A DNA stretch of 64,000 nt from Candidatus Oxydemutatoraceae bacterium (GTDB lineage: Bacteria > Pseudomonadota > Gammaproteobacteria > Poriferisulfidales > Oxydemutatoraceae). The DNA lies in contig OZ250161.1 of assembly GCA_965237985.1 (NCBI GenBank), positions 1,701,677 to 1,765,676 of the forward strand, given 5' to 3'. The notes below the pieces were generated by a model. The model saw only the letters and a list, made by a program, of their open reading frames with translations. It was not told the origin of the DNA and did not search any database. Below are positions 53,209 to 63,128 of the stretch, piece by piece. The number at the start of each line of letters is the position of its first letter. Position 1 is the stretch's first letter. The position numbers and the translations under genes were made by a program.

Positions 53209-54673
53209 GTGGTGAATCCGCATCTGCTACAACTCTACATTGGTGGTCGCTTACGTCGATGGGAGGTCGCGGCAAACATTCGAATCTGTAAATCCTGCAA
53301 CCGGGCAAACTATCTGTGCGCTCCAGGTGGCGTGTACCGAAGATGTAGATCTCGCTGTTGCATCCGCCCGGGAGGGGTTTGCGGTGTGGTCGCGCATGAC
53401 CGGCACGCAACGTGGTCGTGTTCTCATGGACGCGGTACGTTTGTTGCGTGAGCGCAACCGTGAACTTGCTGAGCTTGAGGTTCAGGATACCGGAAAACCG
53501 ATTCAGGAAGCCGAAGTGGTTGATGTGGCTTCCGGTGCGGACTGCATCGAGTATTTTGCCGGACTCGCATCGAAACTGGAAGGAAGTTGCGTGGATCTTG
53601 GCAGTGCGTTCTTTTATACACGACGTGAGCCGCTTGGCGTGTGTGCCGGTATTGGTGCCTGGAACTACCCGATCCAGATCGCCTGTTGGAAGTCCGCACC
53701 GGCCCTCGCGTGTGGCAATGCGATGATCTTCAAGCCATCCGAAATGACACCATTGACGGCGCTGAAGCTGGCAGAGATCTATAGCGAGGCGGGACTGCCG
53801 GACGGTGTGTTCAATGTCGTGAATGGATTCGGCGCGACGGGTATGGCACTTGTCAGCCATCTGGGAGTCGCGAAAATTTCTCTTACCGGGTCAGTTGCCA
53901 CCGGAAAAGAAGTCATGGCAGTCGGTGCCAGAATCTTGAAACATGTCACCTTGGAATTGGGCGGTAAATCGCCCTTGCTCATTTTTGACGATGCGGATCT
54001 TGATCAGGCGGTTTCAGCCGCCATGATGGTGAACTTCTACACGCAGGGGCAGGTCTGCACCAATGGCACCAGGGTTTTTGTGCAGGAGGGTATTCACGAT
54101 GACTTCATGAGGCGACCGAGCGAACGTACCCGCAAGATTCGCATCGGAGATCCCATGGATCCCGAAACGCAAATGGGGTCTCTGATCTCTCAGAAGCATT
54201 TAGACACTGTGTTGGGCTATATTGAGGCCGGCAAGGCGGAAGGTGCCGAACTTGTCAGTGGTGGTGGACGGGTGAATTCTCGGAGTTTGTCGAACGGTTT
54301 CTTTGTCGAGCTCACGGTCTTCAATTCCTGCACAGATGATATGACCATCGTACGCGAAGAAATCTTCGGTCCGGTCATGTCGGTGCTCGTATTTCGGGAC
54401 GAGCATGAGGTTGTGCAACGTGCGAACCACACGGAATTCGGCCTTGCAGCGGGGCTCTTTACCAGTGATCTGAAGCGAGCGCATCGCATCGTCGCTCAGT
54501 TGCAGGCGGGTATTTGCTGGATCAACAACTACAACATTACGCCGATCGAGATGCCTTTCGGCGGCTACAAAGAGTCGGGCTACGGGCGTGAAAACGGTCT
54601 CGCCGCTCTTGAGCATTACACGCAACTCAAGAGTGTTTATGTCGAAATGGGGACTGTAGAATCGTCTTTCTGA
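53209..54673 (+). CDS. betB: Betaine aldehyde dehydrogenase with an apparent +1 frameshift near the 5' end (possible pseudogene; in-frame part 53240-54673)
   Basis: [35 protein letters not shown] and EEIFGPV. The N-terminal QLYIGGR is in a different frame from [15 protein letters not shown]. Confidence 0.85.
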
Positions 54674-54675
54674 CT

Positions 54676-55360
54676 GAAAACCGGTTTTGGAAACGAAGGA
54701 ATGAAAATGTTTGATTACGTCGTTGTTGGTGCCGGGTCGGCGGGTTGCGTCTTGGCAAATCGTTTGAGCGAAGACCCAAATGTGAGCGTGCTGCTCTTGG
54801 AAGCCGGTGGCAATGACCGGAGCATCTTCATCCAGATGCCGACGGCTCTTTCAATATCCATGAATATGAAGTTTTACGACTGGTACTTCGAGACCGACCC
54901 GATGGAAAAACCGGTTTTGGAAACGAAGGAATGAAAATGTTTGATTACGTCGTTGTTGGTGCCGGGTCGGCGGGTTGCGTCTTGGCAAATCGCTTGAGCG
55001 AAGACCCAAATGTGAGCGTGCTGCTCTTGGAAGCCGGTGGCAATGACCGGAGCATCTTCATCCAGATGCCGACGGCTCTTTCAATACCCATGAATATGAA
55101 GCGCTACAACTGGCACTTCAAGATCGCCCCGGTGGAAAAACCGGTTTTGGAAACGGAGGAATGAAAATGTTTGATTACGTCGTTGTTGGTGCCGGGTCGG
55201 CGGGTTGCGTCTTGGCAAATCGCTTGAGCGAAGACCCAAATGTGAGCGTGCTGCTCTTGGAAGCCGGTGGCAATGACCGGAGCATCTTCATCCAGATGCC
55301 GACGGCTCTTTCAATACCCATGAATATGAAGCGCTACAACTGGTACTTCGAGACCGACCC
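54676..55360 (+). repeat. Tandem triplication of a 230 bp unit (RBS plus first ~67 codons of betA); gives two 77-aa truncated copies at 54701-54934 and 54931-55164
   Basis: atgaaaatgtttgattacg at 54701, 54931 and 55161. Confidence 0.96.
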
Positions 55361-56855
55361 AGAGCCATATTGCAATGATCGCCGGATGCATGTCCCGCGC
55401 GGCAAGGTCATTGGTGGGTCATCTTCGATCAATGGCATGGTTCATGTACGCGGTCATTCCTGTGATTTCGATGGCTGGCAGGAACAGGGCGCGGACAACT
55501 GGGGCTATCGCCACTGCTTGCCTTATTTCCGCCGTGCCGAAACCTGGATCGGTGGTGGCGACGACTATCGTGGTGATCACGGTCCACTTGGCGTTTGCAA
55601 TGGCAATGGCATGAAATTAAACCCGCTTTATCAGGCATTCATCGATGCCGGTGTTGAAGCGGGATATGGTGCTACAGAGGACTACAACGGTTATCGCCAG
55701 GAAGGATTCGGCCCCATGCATATGACCGTCAAGAATGGGGTGCGCGACTCTGCCGCCAATGCCTATCTCAAGCCTGTCATGCGTCGAGCGAATCTGAAGG
55801 TGATCACACAAGCTCTCACCACTCGTATCGTTCTGGATGACAAGAAGGCAACTGGTGTCGAATATACCCGTGGCGGCAAGACGAGTATCGTCAAGGCAAA
55901 CCGGGAAGTTCTCCTTGCGGCCGGTTCGATTGGCTCGCCTTGGATTCTCCAGCTTTCCGGCATCGGGCCCAGACAGGTTCTTGAGGAGGCCGACATCGAG
56001 CTCAGGCATGACCTTCCGGGAGTTGGGGAGAATCTTCAGGACCATCTGGAAGTCTACTTCCAGTATCGTTGCAAACAGCCGATCACGCTGAATGGCAAGC
56101 TGGGCCTGATCAGCAAAGGCTTGATCGGGATGCGCTGGTTCCTTTTCAAAAGCGGCCTTGGCGCGACGAACCACTTTGAGTCCTGTGCCTTTATTCGTTC
56201 CCGGGCGGGGGTGAAATGGCCGGACATTCAGTATCACTTCCTGCCCGCGGCGATGCGGTACGATGGCCAGGCTGCTTTTGACGGCCATGGCTTTCAAGTT
56301 CATGTCGGACCGAACAAGACAGAGTCCCGTGGCAGGGTCCAGATCAAATCAGCTGATCCGCATGAGAAGCCCAGCATTCTCTATCGCTACCTGATGTCTG
56401 AAGAAGACCGGGCAGACTGGTGCAGAGTCATCAGACTCACACGGGAAATCATTATGCAGCCAGCGATGGATTCCTATCGCGGTGGGGAGATCCAGCCGGG
56501 CAAGGACGTTCAAACGGATGCCGAAATCATCGCGTGGGTTCGCGAAAATGTGGAAAGTGCCTACCACCCTTCGTGCACCTGCAAGATTGGTTCGGATGAT
56601 GATCCCATGGCAGTGCTGGATTCTGAATGTCGGGTCCGCGGGATTCAGAACCTGCGTGTCGTTGATTCATCCATATTCCCCACCATCACAAACGGAAATC
56701 TCAATGTGCCAACGATCATGGTCGGTGAAAAAGCGGCGGATTTGATTCGCGGGCGCGAGCCCCTGGCGCCATCGAATGTGCCATCATGGGTTGATCCCGA
56801 ATGGCGGACGCGGCAAAGGCAGGGGCAGCCAAAGAGACCGCCGGTTGTTTCCTGA
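55161..56855 (+). CDS. betA: Choline dehydrogenase (GMC oxidoreductase)
   Basis: [46 protein letters not shown] and AYHPSCTCK. Follows betB. Confidence 0.95.
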   Translation: MKMFDYVVVGAGSAGCVLANRLSEDPNVSVLLLEAGGNDRSIFIQMPTALSIPMNMKRYNWYFETDPEPYCNDRRMHVPRGKVIGGSSSINGMVHVRGHSCDFDGWQEQGADNWGYRHCLPYFRRAETWIGGGDDYRGDHGPLGVCNGNGMKLNPLYQAFIDAGVEAGYGATEDYNGYRQEGFGPMHMTVKNGVRDSAANAYLKPVMRRANLKVITQALTTRIVLDDKKATGVEYTRGGKTSIVKANREVLLAAGSIGSPWILQLSGIGPRQVLEEADIELRHDLPGVGENLQDHLEVYFQYRCKQPITLNGKLGLISKGLIGMRWFLFKSGLGATNHFESCAFIRSRAGVKWPDIQYHFLPAAMRYDGQAAFDGHGFQVHVGPNKTESRGRVQIKSADPHEKPSILYRYLMSEEDRADWCRVIRLTREIIMQPAMDSYRGGEIQPGKDVQTDAEIIAWVRENVESAYHPSCTCKIGSDDDPMAVLDSECRVRGIQNLRVVDSSIFPTITNGNLNVPTIMVGEKAADLIRGREPLAPSNVPSWVDPEWRTRQRQGQPKRPPVVS

Positions 56856-56908
56856 CGAGCCAACCTGAGCTTTCGTCGCTGACCCTGAAAGACTTTCGGT
56901 CTGTGCCT

Positions 56909-58515
56909 GTACGAACCTGGGCATAACCCTCCACTCACTACGTGCCGTGGCTGTCGCAGGCAGCGCGGGCGACACCGCAATCAGAAGCCGTAGCGACGGT
57001 CAGTGCGTGCGTCGCGCCTGTCGTTATGGTGGTAAACCATCGCAGACATCCCTGGAGCAGTGCTTTCTCAGGATACCAGGGCCGGGTGGTCCGGGGTTTT
57101 TGAGGCTGTGCAACGCGTTTGACCAGATGCCGGTGGGTGGATCCTGCCAGTGCGGACCGCTCGATGAGATGGTGCCGTACGAACCTGGGCATAACCCTCC
57201 ACTCACTACGTGCCGTGGCTGTCGCAGGCAGCGCGGGCGACACCGCAATCAGAAGCCGTAGCGACGGTCAGTGCGTGCGTCGCGCCTGTCGTTATGGTGG
57301 TGAACCATCGCAGACATCCCTGGAGCAGTGCTTTCTCAGGATGCCAGGGCCGGGTGGTCCGGGGTTTTTGAGGCTGTGCAACGTGTTTGACCAGATGCCG
57401 GTGGGTGGTTCCTGCCAGTGCGGACCGCTCGATGAGATGGTGCCGTACGAACCTGGGCATAACCCTCCACTCACTACGTGCCGTGGCTGTCGCAGGCAGC
57501 GCGGGCGACACCGCAATCAGAAGCCGTAGCGACGGTCAGTGCGTGCGTCGCGCCTGTCGTTATGGTGGTGAACCATCGCAGACATCCCTGGAGCAGTGCT
57601 TTCTCAGGATGCCAGGGCCGGGTGGTCCGGGGTTTTTGAGGCTGTGCAACGTGTTTGACCAGATGCCGGTGTGTGGTTCCTGCCAGTGCGGACCGCTCGA
57701 TGAGATGGTGCCGTACGAACCTGGGCATAACCCTCCACTCACTACGTGCCGTGGCTGTCGCAGCGCGGGGGGCGACACCGCAATCAGAAGCCGTAGCGAC
57801 GGTCAGTGCGTGCGTCGCGCCTGTCGTTATGGTGGTGAACCATCGCAGACATCCCTGGAGCAGTGCTTTCTCAGGATGCCAGGGCCGGGTGGTCCGGGGT
57901 TTTTGAGGCTGTGCAACGTGTTTGACCAGATGCCGGTGGGTGGTTCCTGCCAGTGCGGACCGCTCGATGAGATGGTGCCGTACGAACCTGGGCATAACCC
58001 TCCACTCACTACGTGCCGTGGCTGTCGCAGCGCGCGGGGCGACACCGCAATCAGAAGCCGTAGTGACGGTCAGTGCGTGCGTCGCGCCTGTCGTTATGGT
58101 GGTAAACCATCGCAGACATCCCTGGAGCAGTGCTTTCTCAGGATGCCAGGGCCGGGTGGTCCGGGGTTTTTGAGGCTGTGCAACGTGTTTGACCAGATGC
58201 CGGTGGGTGGTTCCTTCCAGTGCGGACCGCTTGATGAGATGGTGCCGTACGAACCTGGGCATAACCCTCCACTCACTACGTGCCGTGGCTGTCGCAGCGC
58301 GGGGGGCGACACCGCAATCAGAAGCCGTAGCGACGGTCAGTGCGTGTGTCGCGCCTGTCGTTATGGTGGTGAACCATCGCAGACATCCCTGGAGCAGTGC
58401 TTTCTCAGGATACCAGGGCCGGGTGGTCCGGGGTTTTTGAGGCTGTGCAACGTGTTTGACCAGATGCCGGTGGGTGGTTCCTGCCAGTGCGGACCGCTCG
58501 ATGAGATGGTGCCGT
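56909..58515. repeat. Tandem array of 6 copies of a 267-268 bp unit between the convergent betA and choX2
   Basis: gtacgaacctgggcataacc at 56909, 57177, 57445, 57713, 57980 and 58247. Confidence 0.96.
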
Positions 58516-58728
58516 CCTCAATCCTCTGTTCAAAGGGCTCGCTCAAGAAAGTCTGGCGGAGATTCCGGGGACGCCGGCGTTCAGCTATACATGTCTGGGA
58601 TGTCTTAGTGCCAGTCGGGAAGGGTGGGGTGAGATGAGATGAGATGAGATGAGATGGAACGGCCGGGATGGATGAGAAGGATGGGAATGATAAGGTTGAC
58701 GGGAGACTGTTCCTTCTTTTTTCAAAAC

Positions 58729-59679
58729 TTAAAGTCCGAGATGTGCTTTTACTGCCGACAGACCGTCTTTGCCGTCGAAGGTCGTAACCCCGTCAAGCCA
58801 GCTGGTGAAAACGTCTGGATGGGCTCTCAGCCAGCCAGTCACGGCCTTCTCAGGCTTCAATCCCTGGTCCAGGATTTCTGCCATGATTTCGTTTTCCATG
58901 GCCAGCGTGAATGAGAGATGGCTTACCAGCCGGCCAGCGTTCGGGCATTCCTTGACATAGTTTTTGCGCACATCGGTGAAAACGTTGGCTCCACCGAAGT
59001 TTTGACCGAACCATTTGTCGCCTCCTCCAAGATAAACCAGATCGAATTCTGTGTTCATCGGGTGCGGTTCCCAACCCAGGAATACGATCCACTCGCCACG
59101 TCTTACCGCCCGTTTGACTTGTGACAACATGCCTTGTTCGGAAGACACGACGACTTCGAAGCCTTTCAGTCCAAGCTCGTCGCCATCGATCATTTTTTGC
59201 AACTGGCGATTGGCACCGTTACCCGGTTCGATTCCGTAGATTTTGTCACGGAGTTTGTCGCGAAATTTGGCAATGTCGGTGAAGTTTCTGAGTCCCGCGT
59301 CCGCGACAAACTGCGGAACTGCGAGGGTAGATCTGGCACCTTTGAGGTTGGCTTGAAGCACTTCAATAGAACCGTCATCAAGATATTTCTTGATGTCACC
59401 TTTCTGGGTTGGCATCCAATTGCCCAGGAACACATCCACATCCTTGTTCTTGAGGCTGACGAAAGTGACGGGAAGAGACAGGAACTGGCTTTTAGGTTTG
59501 TAGCCCAAACCCTCCAGCACTACTGAGGCCATGGTGTTTGTTACCGCGAGTTCGGCCCAGCCGGTGTCCGAAAAAGTAACCTTTTGGCATGATTTTGGGT
59601 CACCCGCCCACGTTCCGTTGGTCATGACAGCTAGTGTCAGGGCAACGATGGAAGACTGGAACCCCGTTTTTTTGAACAT
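58729..59679 (-). CDS. Second ChoX-family (quaternary amine) substrate-binding protein, orphan paralog
   Basis: Highly similar to 51973-52926 (MFKKTGFQ.SIVAL, LKNKDVDVFLGNWMP, FLGWEPHPMN). Likely start is ATG 59679. Confidence 0.9.
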   Translation of the reverse strand: MFKKTGFQSSIVALTLAVMTNGTWAGDPKSCQKVTFSDTGWAELAVTNTMASVVLEGLGYKPKSQFLSLPVTFVSLKNKDVDVFLGNWMPTQKGDIKKYLDDGSIEVLQANLKGARSTLAVPQFVADAGLRNFTDIAKFRDKLRDKIYGIEPGNGANRQLQKMIDGDELGLKGFEVVVSSEQGMLSQVKRAVRRGEWIVFLGWEPHPMNTEFDLVYLGGGDKWFGQNFGGANVFTDVRKNYVKECPNAGRLVSHLSFTLAMENEIMAEILDQGLKPEKAVTGWLRAHPDVFTSWLDGVTTFDGKDGLSAVKAHLGL

Positions 59680-59811
59680 GGTATGCATCCGGGTCTGTGG
59701 CCCCTTCACGCATTTTGAACCTGGCACTTCAGGTGGCACCAGGGTGGGAACACCAGTCAACTGAAAGCGACATTGGGGTGGATGTCTGGAAATGACTTTG
59801 CGTAACGCGAA

Positions 59812-60327
59812 TCACTCGGCATTTTCTCTTGTCGGACCCAGAACAAATTCGGCTCCTTCGTTCTTCAACCTCTCGTACGGGGTAGTGTAAGGAACCCCGA
59901 AATCGGTACAGACATTCGGAATCTTGATCTTCTTGGATTCTGGACCCACTGGCATCTCGTGCGTCACGACTGTCCATTCGTGTGCCGCTGCATGGGCTAC
60001 CAGCCAGCTGTCGGCACCATCTAGAAAGTTCGCCTTTTCCTTTTGATCATATTCCTGATTCTCAACCTTGGCAGCAACGCTCTTGATTCTCGTGGTCACG
60101 ACATCGTCAGCCGGCAAGAAAAAACCCCTTCTGCGTTGTTCTTCTGTCCATGTTGCGAGTTTGTCCTTACCCTTTCCGAGCTCATCAGCGACTTTTTTGA
60201 TGCTGGCGACTTTTTCGTTGCGGTTTTGCGCAGTGAGCCACTCCCAAAAGGCGGGGCAAAAATCAAAGCCATAGTGGAAATTCTGGGCCTGGATGAAGAC
60301 ATTGCTGTCCAGCAGGTAGCGGGTCAT
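59812..60327 (-). CDS. DUF4411 family PIN-like protein
   Basis: YLLDSNVFIQA..HYGFDFCPAFWEWL, ADSWLVAHA, VVTHE and KIKIPNVC. Confidence 0.88.
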   Translation of the reverse strand: MTRYLLDSNVFIQAQNFHYGFDFCPAFWEWLTAQNRNEKVASIKKVADELGKGKDKLATWTEEQRRRGFFLPADDVVTTRIKSVAAKVENQEYDQKEKANFLDGADSWLVAHAAAHEWTVVTHEMPVGPESKKIKIPNVCTDFGVPYTTPYERLKNEGAEFVLGPTRENAE

Positions 60328-60335
60328 GACGCTCT

Positions 60336-61502
60336 TTATTCTCGTGATGCCAGTTTCTGGAAGCTTTTAGTGCCTGTAATGCCCAGCATGTGGAAGGCAT
60401 CACGGAAAAGCGTTTCCCCCTCAAGCGTGCTCGGGATGACCGCGCGGACGAAGCGGTGACTCACACGCGCAACGAGTGTCCGGTAAAAATCACCTCCCCC
60501 CCCTTTCTTTCTGGCCTGTTTGGACAACTGTTCCTGCTCGTTTTCCGAGGCTGATGCAAAGGTCTCGCGGTCCAACCATTTTGCATCCAGCAGTCTTCTC
60601 AGGATTACCAGCCTGCTGACTTTGAAATGTTGGGAAAGACGTGACATTGCATCGGTAGGCGATTCGTCGTCTCCAAGCATAGTGAGCAGGTTTGACATCG
60701 GCACCAGAAATTCGGCAGCAACTGCGTTACACCAGGTCTCTTCTCTGCGAGATTCAGTCGAGGACGAAGCGCTTGTATTTGACAGGGCTGAACGGTCGAG
60801 CCACAAATGTGCCAGTTCATGTGCCAGAGTGAACATTTGTGCCGATTTTGAGTCGGCACCATTGATGAAGACGAGCGGTGCATATTGGTCAGAGAGTGCG
60901 AAACCACGAAACTCCTGGGTGTCCAGGCGGCGATGGGGGTTGTTCAAAACTACGCCACTCACCATCACCATCACCCCGGCCTCGTCGACCTTTTTAATGA
61001 ACAGGCGCAGAGCTTCGATCCATGTCCGGCACTTCAGGTGCTCAGCCATCTTGAAAGCAAGCTTCTCATGCATGTCCGCTGCGACGGGTTCCGGTTTCAT
61101 GACGAGTGTTACGCTACCCACAAAGTCCCGCACTGATTGCCGGGTTCTTCGGGCAAAGTCGTGATACCAGTTCTGTCGTTCCTGACAAGCATAGATTGTG
61201 TCCAGGAGATTGGGGCTGGGCCGTTCCGGCTGGTGGCTGCCAAGGGTCCGAAAATCAGGGATCGGCAAAGGCTCTTTCGGTGGTTTCGACAAGAAAAGAT
61301 ACCCGACTGGTGCGTGCACCGCTTTGGCGAACTTCTCAATTTGACGCAAAGTCGGACGCACCGTACCTTGTTCCCAGTCGGAGAATTTTGGAAAACGCCG
61401 TTTGAGCTTCTCGACTTCCTCACTGTCGAGTGCTGCGCGCTCCAGTGCCCAGCGGATCAGCTCCGGCTGGATCGCGACGCGCATCATGCGAGCTTTTGCC
61501 AT
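60336..61502 (-). CDS. XRE-HTH + ImmA/IrrE family Zn metallopeptidase
   Basis: PELIRWA.ERA, WEQGTVRPTLRQIEKFAK, PIPDFRT, FRGFALSD..APLVFINGADSKSAQMFTLAHELAH (HExxH) and E.WCNAVAAEFL. Confidence 0.92.
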   Translation of the reverse strand: MAKARMMRVAIQPELIRWALERAALDSEEVEKLKRRFPKFSDWEQGTVRPTLRQIEKFAKAVHAPVGYLFLSKPPKEPLPIPDFRTLGSHQPERPSPNLLDTIYACQERQNWYHDFARRTRQSVRDFVGSVTLVMKPEPVAADMHEKLAFKMAEHLKCRTWIEALRLFIKKVDEAGVMVMVSGVVLNNPHRRLDTQEFRGFALSDQYAPLVFINGADSKSAQMFTLAHELAHLWLDRSALSNTSASSSTESRREETWCNAVAAEFLVPMSNLLTMLGDDESPTDAMSRLSQHFKVSRLVILRRLLDAKWLDRETFASASENEQEQLSKQARKKGGGGDFYRTLVARVSHRFVRAVIPSTLEGETLFRDAFHMLGITGTKSFQKLASRE

Positions 61503-62065
61503 TGAACTCTGGTATCAGCAGATATTCTCTGCCATGGCCGCCTCCAGGGCCTGATCAGCAATTTTTGCCGTGTGCCGGTTCGGGATAGAGTCAGCTTTCA
61601 GCTGCTCATCAGGCTGGTTATGGTTTCCGAAGTCAGGCCGACCCCCACCGGGTTTCTTTTCAGCAGGCCGCAGCGACTGAATATCGCGACGAAAAACTGC
61701 GTGAGCTTTTGTTTGCAGGATGCTTTCTCCTTTCCGGAGGAGGACTTTGGAATGTTTGTCAAGCGCTGGAATATCGCGAAGTTTTGCCGCGCAGGCAACC
61801 GACAACAGGCATTCCAAGGTGTTGTCTGCGAAGGAATGGGACGGAGCGAGTCGAACTCTGTTCCTCGCCCAGAAAGGAGGAATGACATTGCGTACAGGCA
61901 ATCGGCGCCGGCAGAGAACAGCTTTTTCCGGCATCTGGTTGTTTCTGGAATGTCGCACGGCTCCGTGCATATTGTGGAAGATTGACCGCGAAAAAACCAG
62001 AACCGCAGGCGGTCTCGTTCCGCTTTGCGAGTCGGTCGCTGTTTTGTGTTTCTCGGCGCGATACC

Positions 62066-62106
62066 CAAAACAAAAAAGCCACCCCCTGCAGACTGCGAGG
62101 GCGGCT
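62066..62106 (-). terminator. Rho-independent terminator downstream of tRNA-fMet
   Basis: On the minus strand, the hairpin AGCCGCCCTC-GCAGTCTGCA-GGGGGTGGCT is followed by TTTTTGTTTT. Confidence 0.7.
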
Positions 62107-62118
62107 CCACTGTTTTAT

Positions 62119-62193
<75 letters not shown>

Positions 62194-62594
62194 CCGTTTG
62201 GCAAAACGAAACGAATTTTCATTCTAGACCGCCTTGTTTCCAGAAACAAGGAAAGCACCTGTTGCAGGCCTTTCCGGCGAATAGGGATTTCGGGGTTTTT
62301 GGTTGCGGTCTGGCAGCGTTTTTTCCGGGTGTCTGAGTAGCTTGAAGCACGATTGAGCGCCTGCTTCCAAGTTTTGACGAAAGGCTTGATTTTGCAGGCA
62401 AGGGACTTTGCCGGTGCCTTGTGGCGCTTCTGGCTGCCGCTTATTCCCGCCGGCATCTCAGTGGTGTTTTCTGGTGGCTAGATTCGTGCCATGAACCTTG
62501 TGCCTCACAACGTTCCCGTTCCGTCGTTCCGCTGTGCTCCAGATGTTCGTTTTCTGGATGCTGTACGGGGCAAAAAGTGATCGCCGGAAAATTG

Positions 62595-63128
62595 ATGGTT
62601 TTTGTGCTGTCGGCAATGCTCGTATTGTTGCCGGCCTGCTCGAAATCCTCCCGCGATTCGCAGGCGCAATCCTCTGCTGCCGATGACGGCACAGCTTCGC
62701 ATCCGCCAAAGGTGACGTCCCTACCATCCGGCATCAATAACGACAGTGCCCCGCCCCTGATCACCGTGACTCCGGGGCAACCCGGGGAAGAGGCTGTGCC
62801 TCGTCTCGAAGCACCTGAAAATTCTCCTCGACCTGCCGACAACCGCTGTGTCGACGAGGAAAAATTCCGCTCGGCGCTCGCGTCGGAAAATGTTGAAAAC
62901 GGTTCAGATGACGCTCTCGCACAAAGGACAGCACTGGAAAATGCGATGTACCCCCTGGTTATGGAACTTGTGGCTTGCCTGGATGTCATCAGCAGACAAT
63001 TGCATCGCCTAATGGTTGAAAACGAATTGCCGACCCACAACGGGGAGCAGGATATTGCCGCCGACCAGGCCGCCGCCATGCGCCACTATGAAAGTCTGGT
63101 GGAAATACGCGCCGGTCAAAGTGAGTAG
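62595..63128 (+). CDS. Hypothetical lipoprotein
   Basis: Hydrophobic leader with lipobox LLPA-C, followed by a Ser/Pro-rich linker. The stop overlaps the start of the next gene. Confidence 0.55.
   Translation: MVFVLSAMLVLLPACSKSSRDSQAQSSAADDGTASHPPKVTSLPSGINNDSAPPLITVTPGQPGEEAVPRLEAPENSPRPADNRCVDEEKFRSALASENVENGSDDALAQRTALENAMYPLVMELVACLDVISRQLHRLMVENELPTHNGEQDIAADQAAAMRHYESLVEIRAGQSE

Noticed and set aside
56990-57100. The 268-bp unit as a RAYT/IS200-like transposase tail (..MVVNH..HPWSS..QG)
   Set aside because: Only a few residues match and there is no HUH motif or intact frame.
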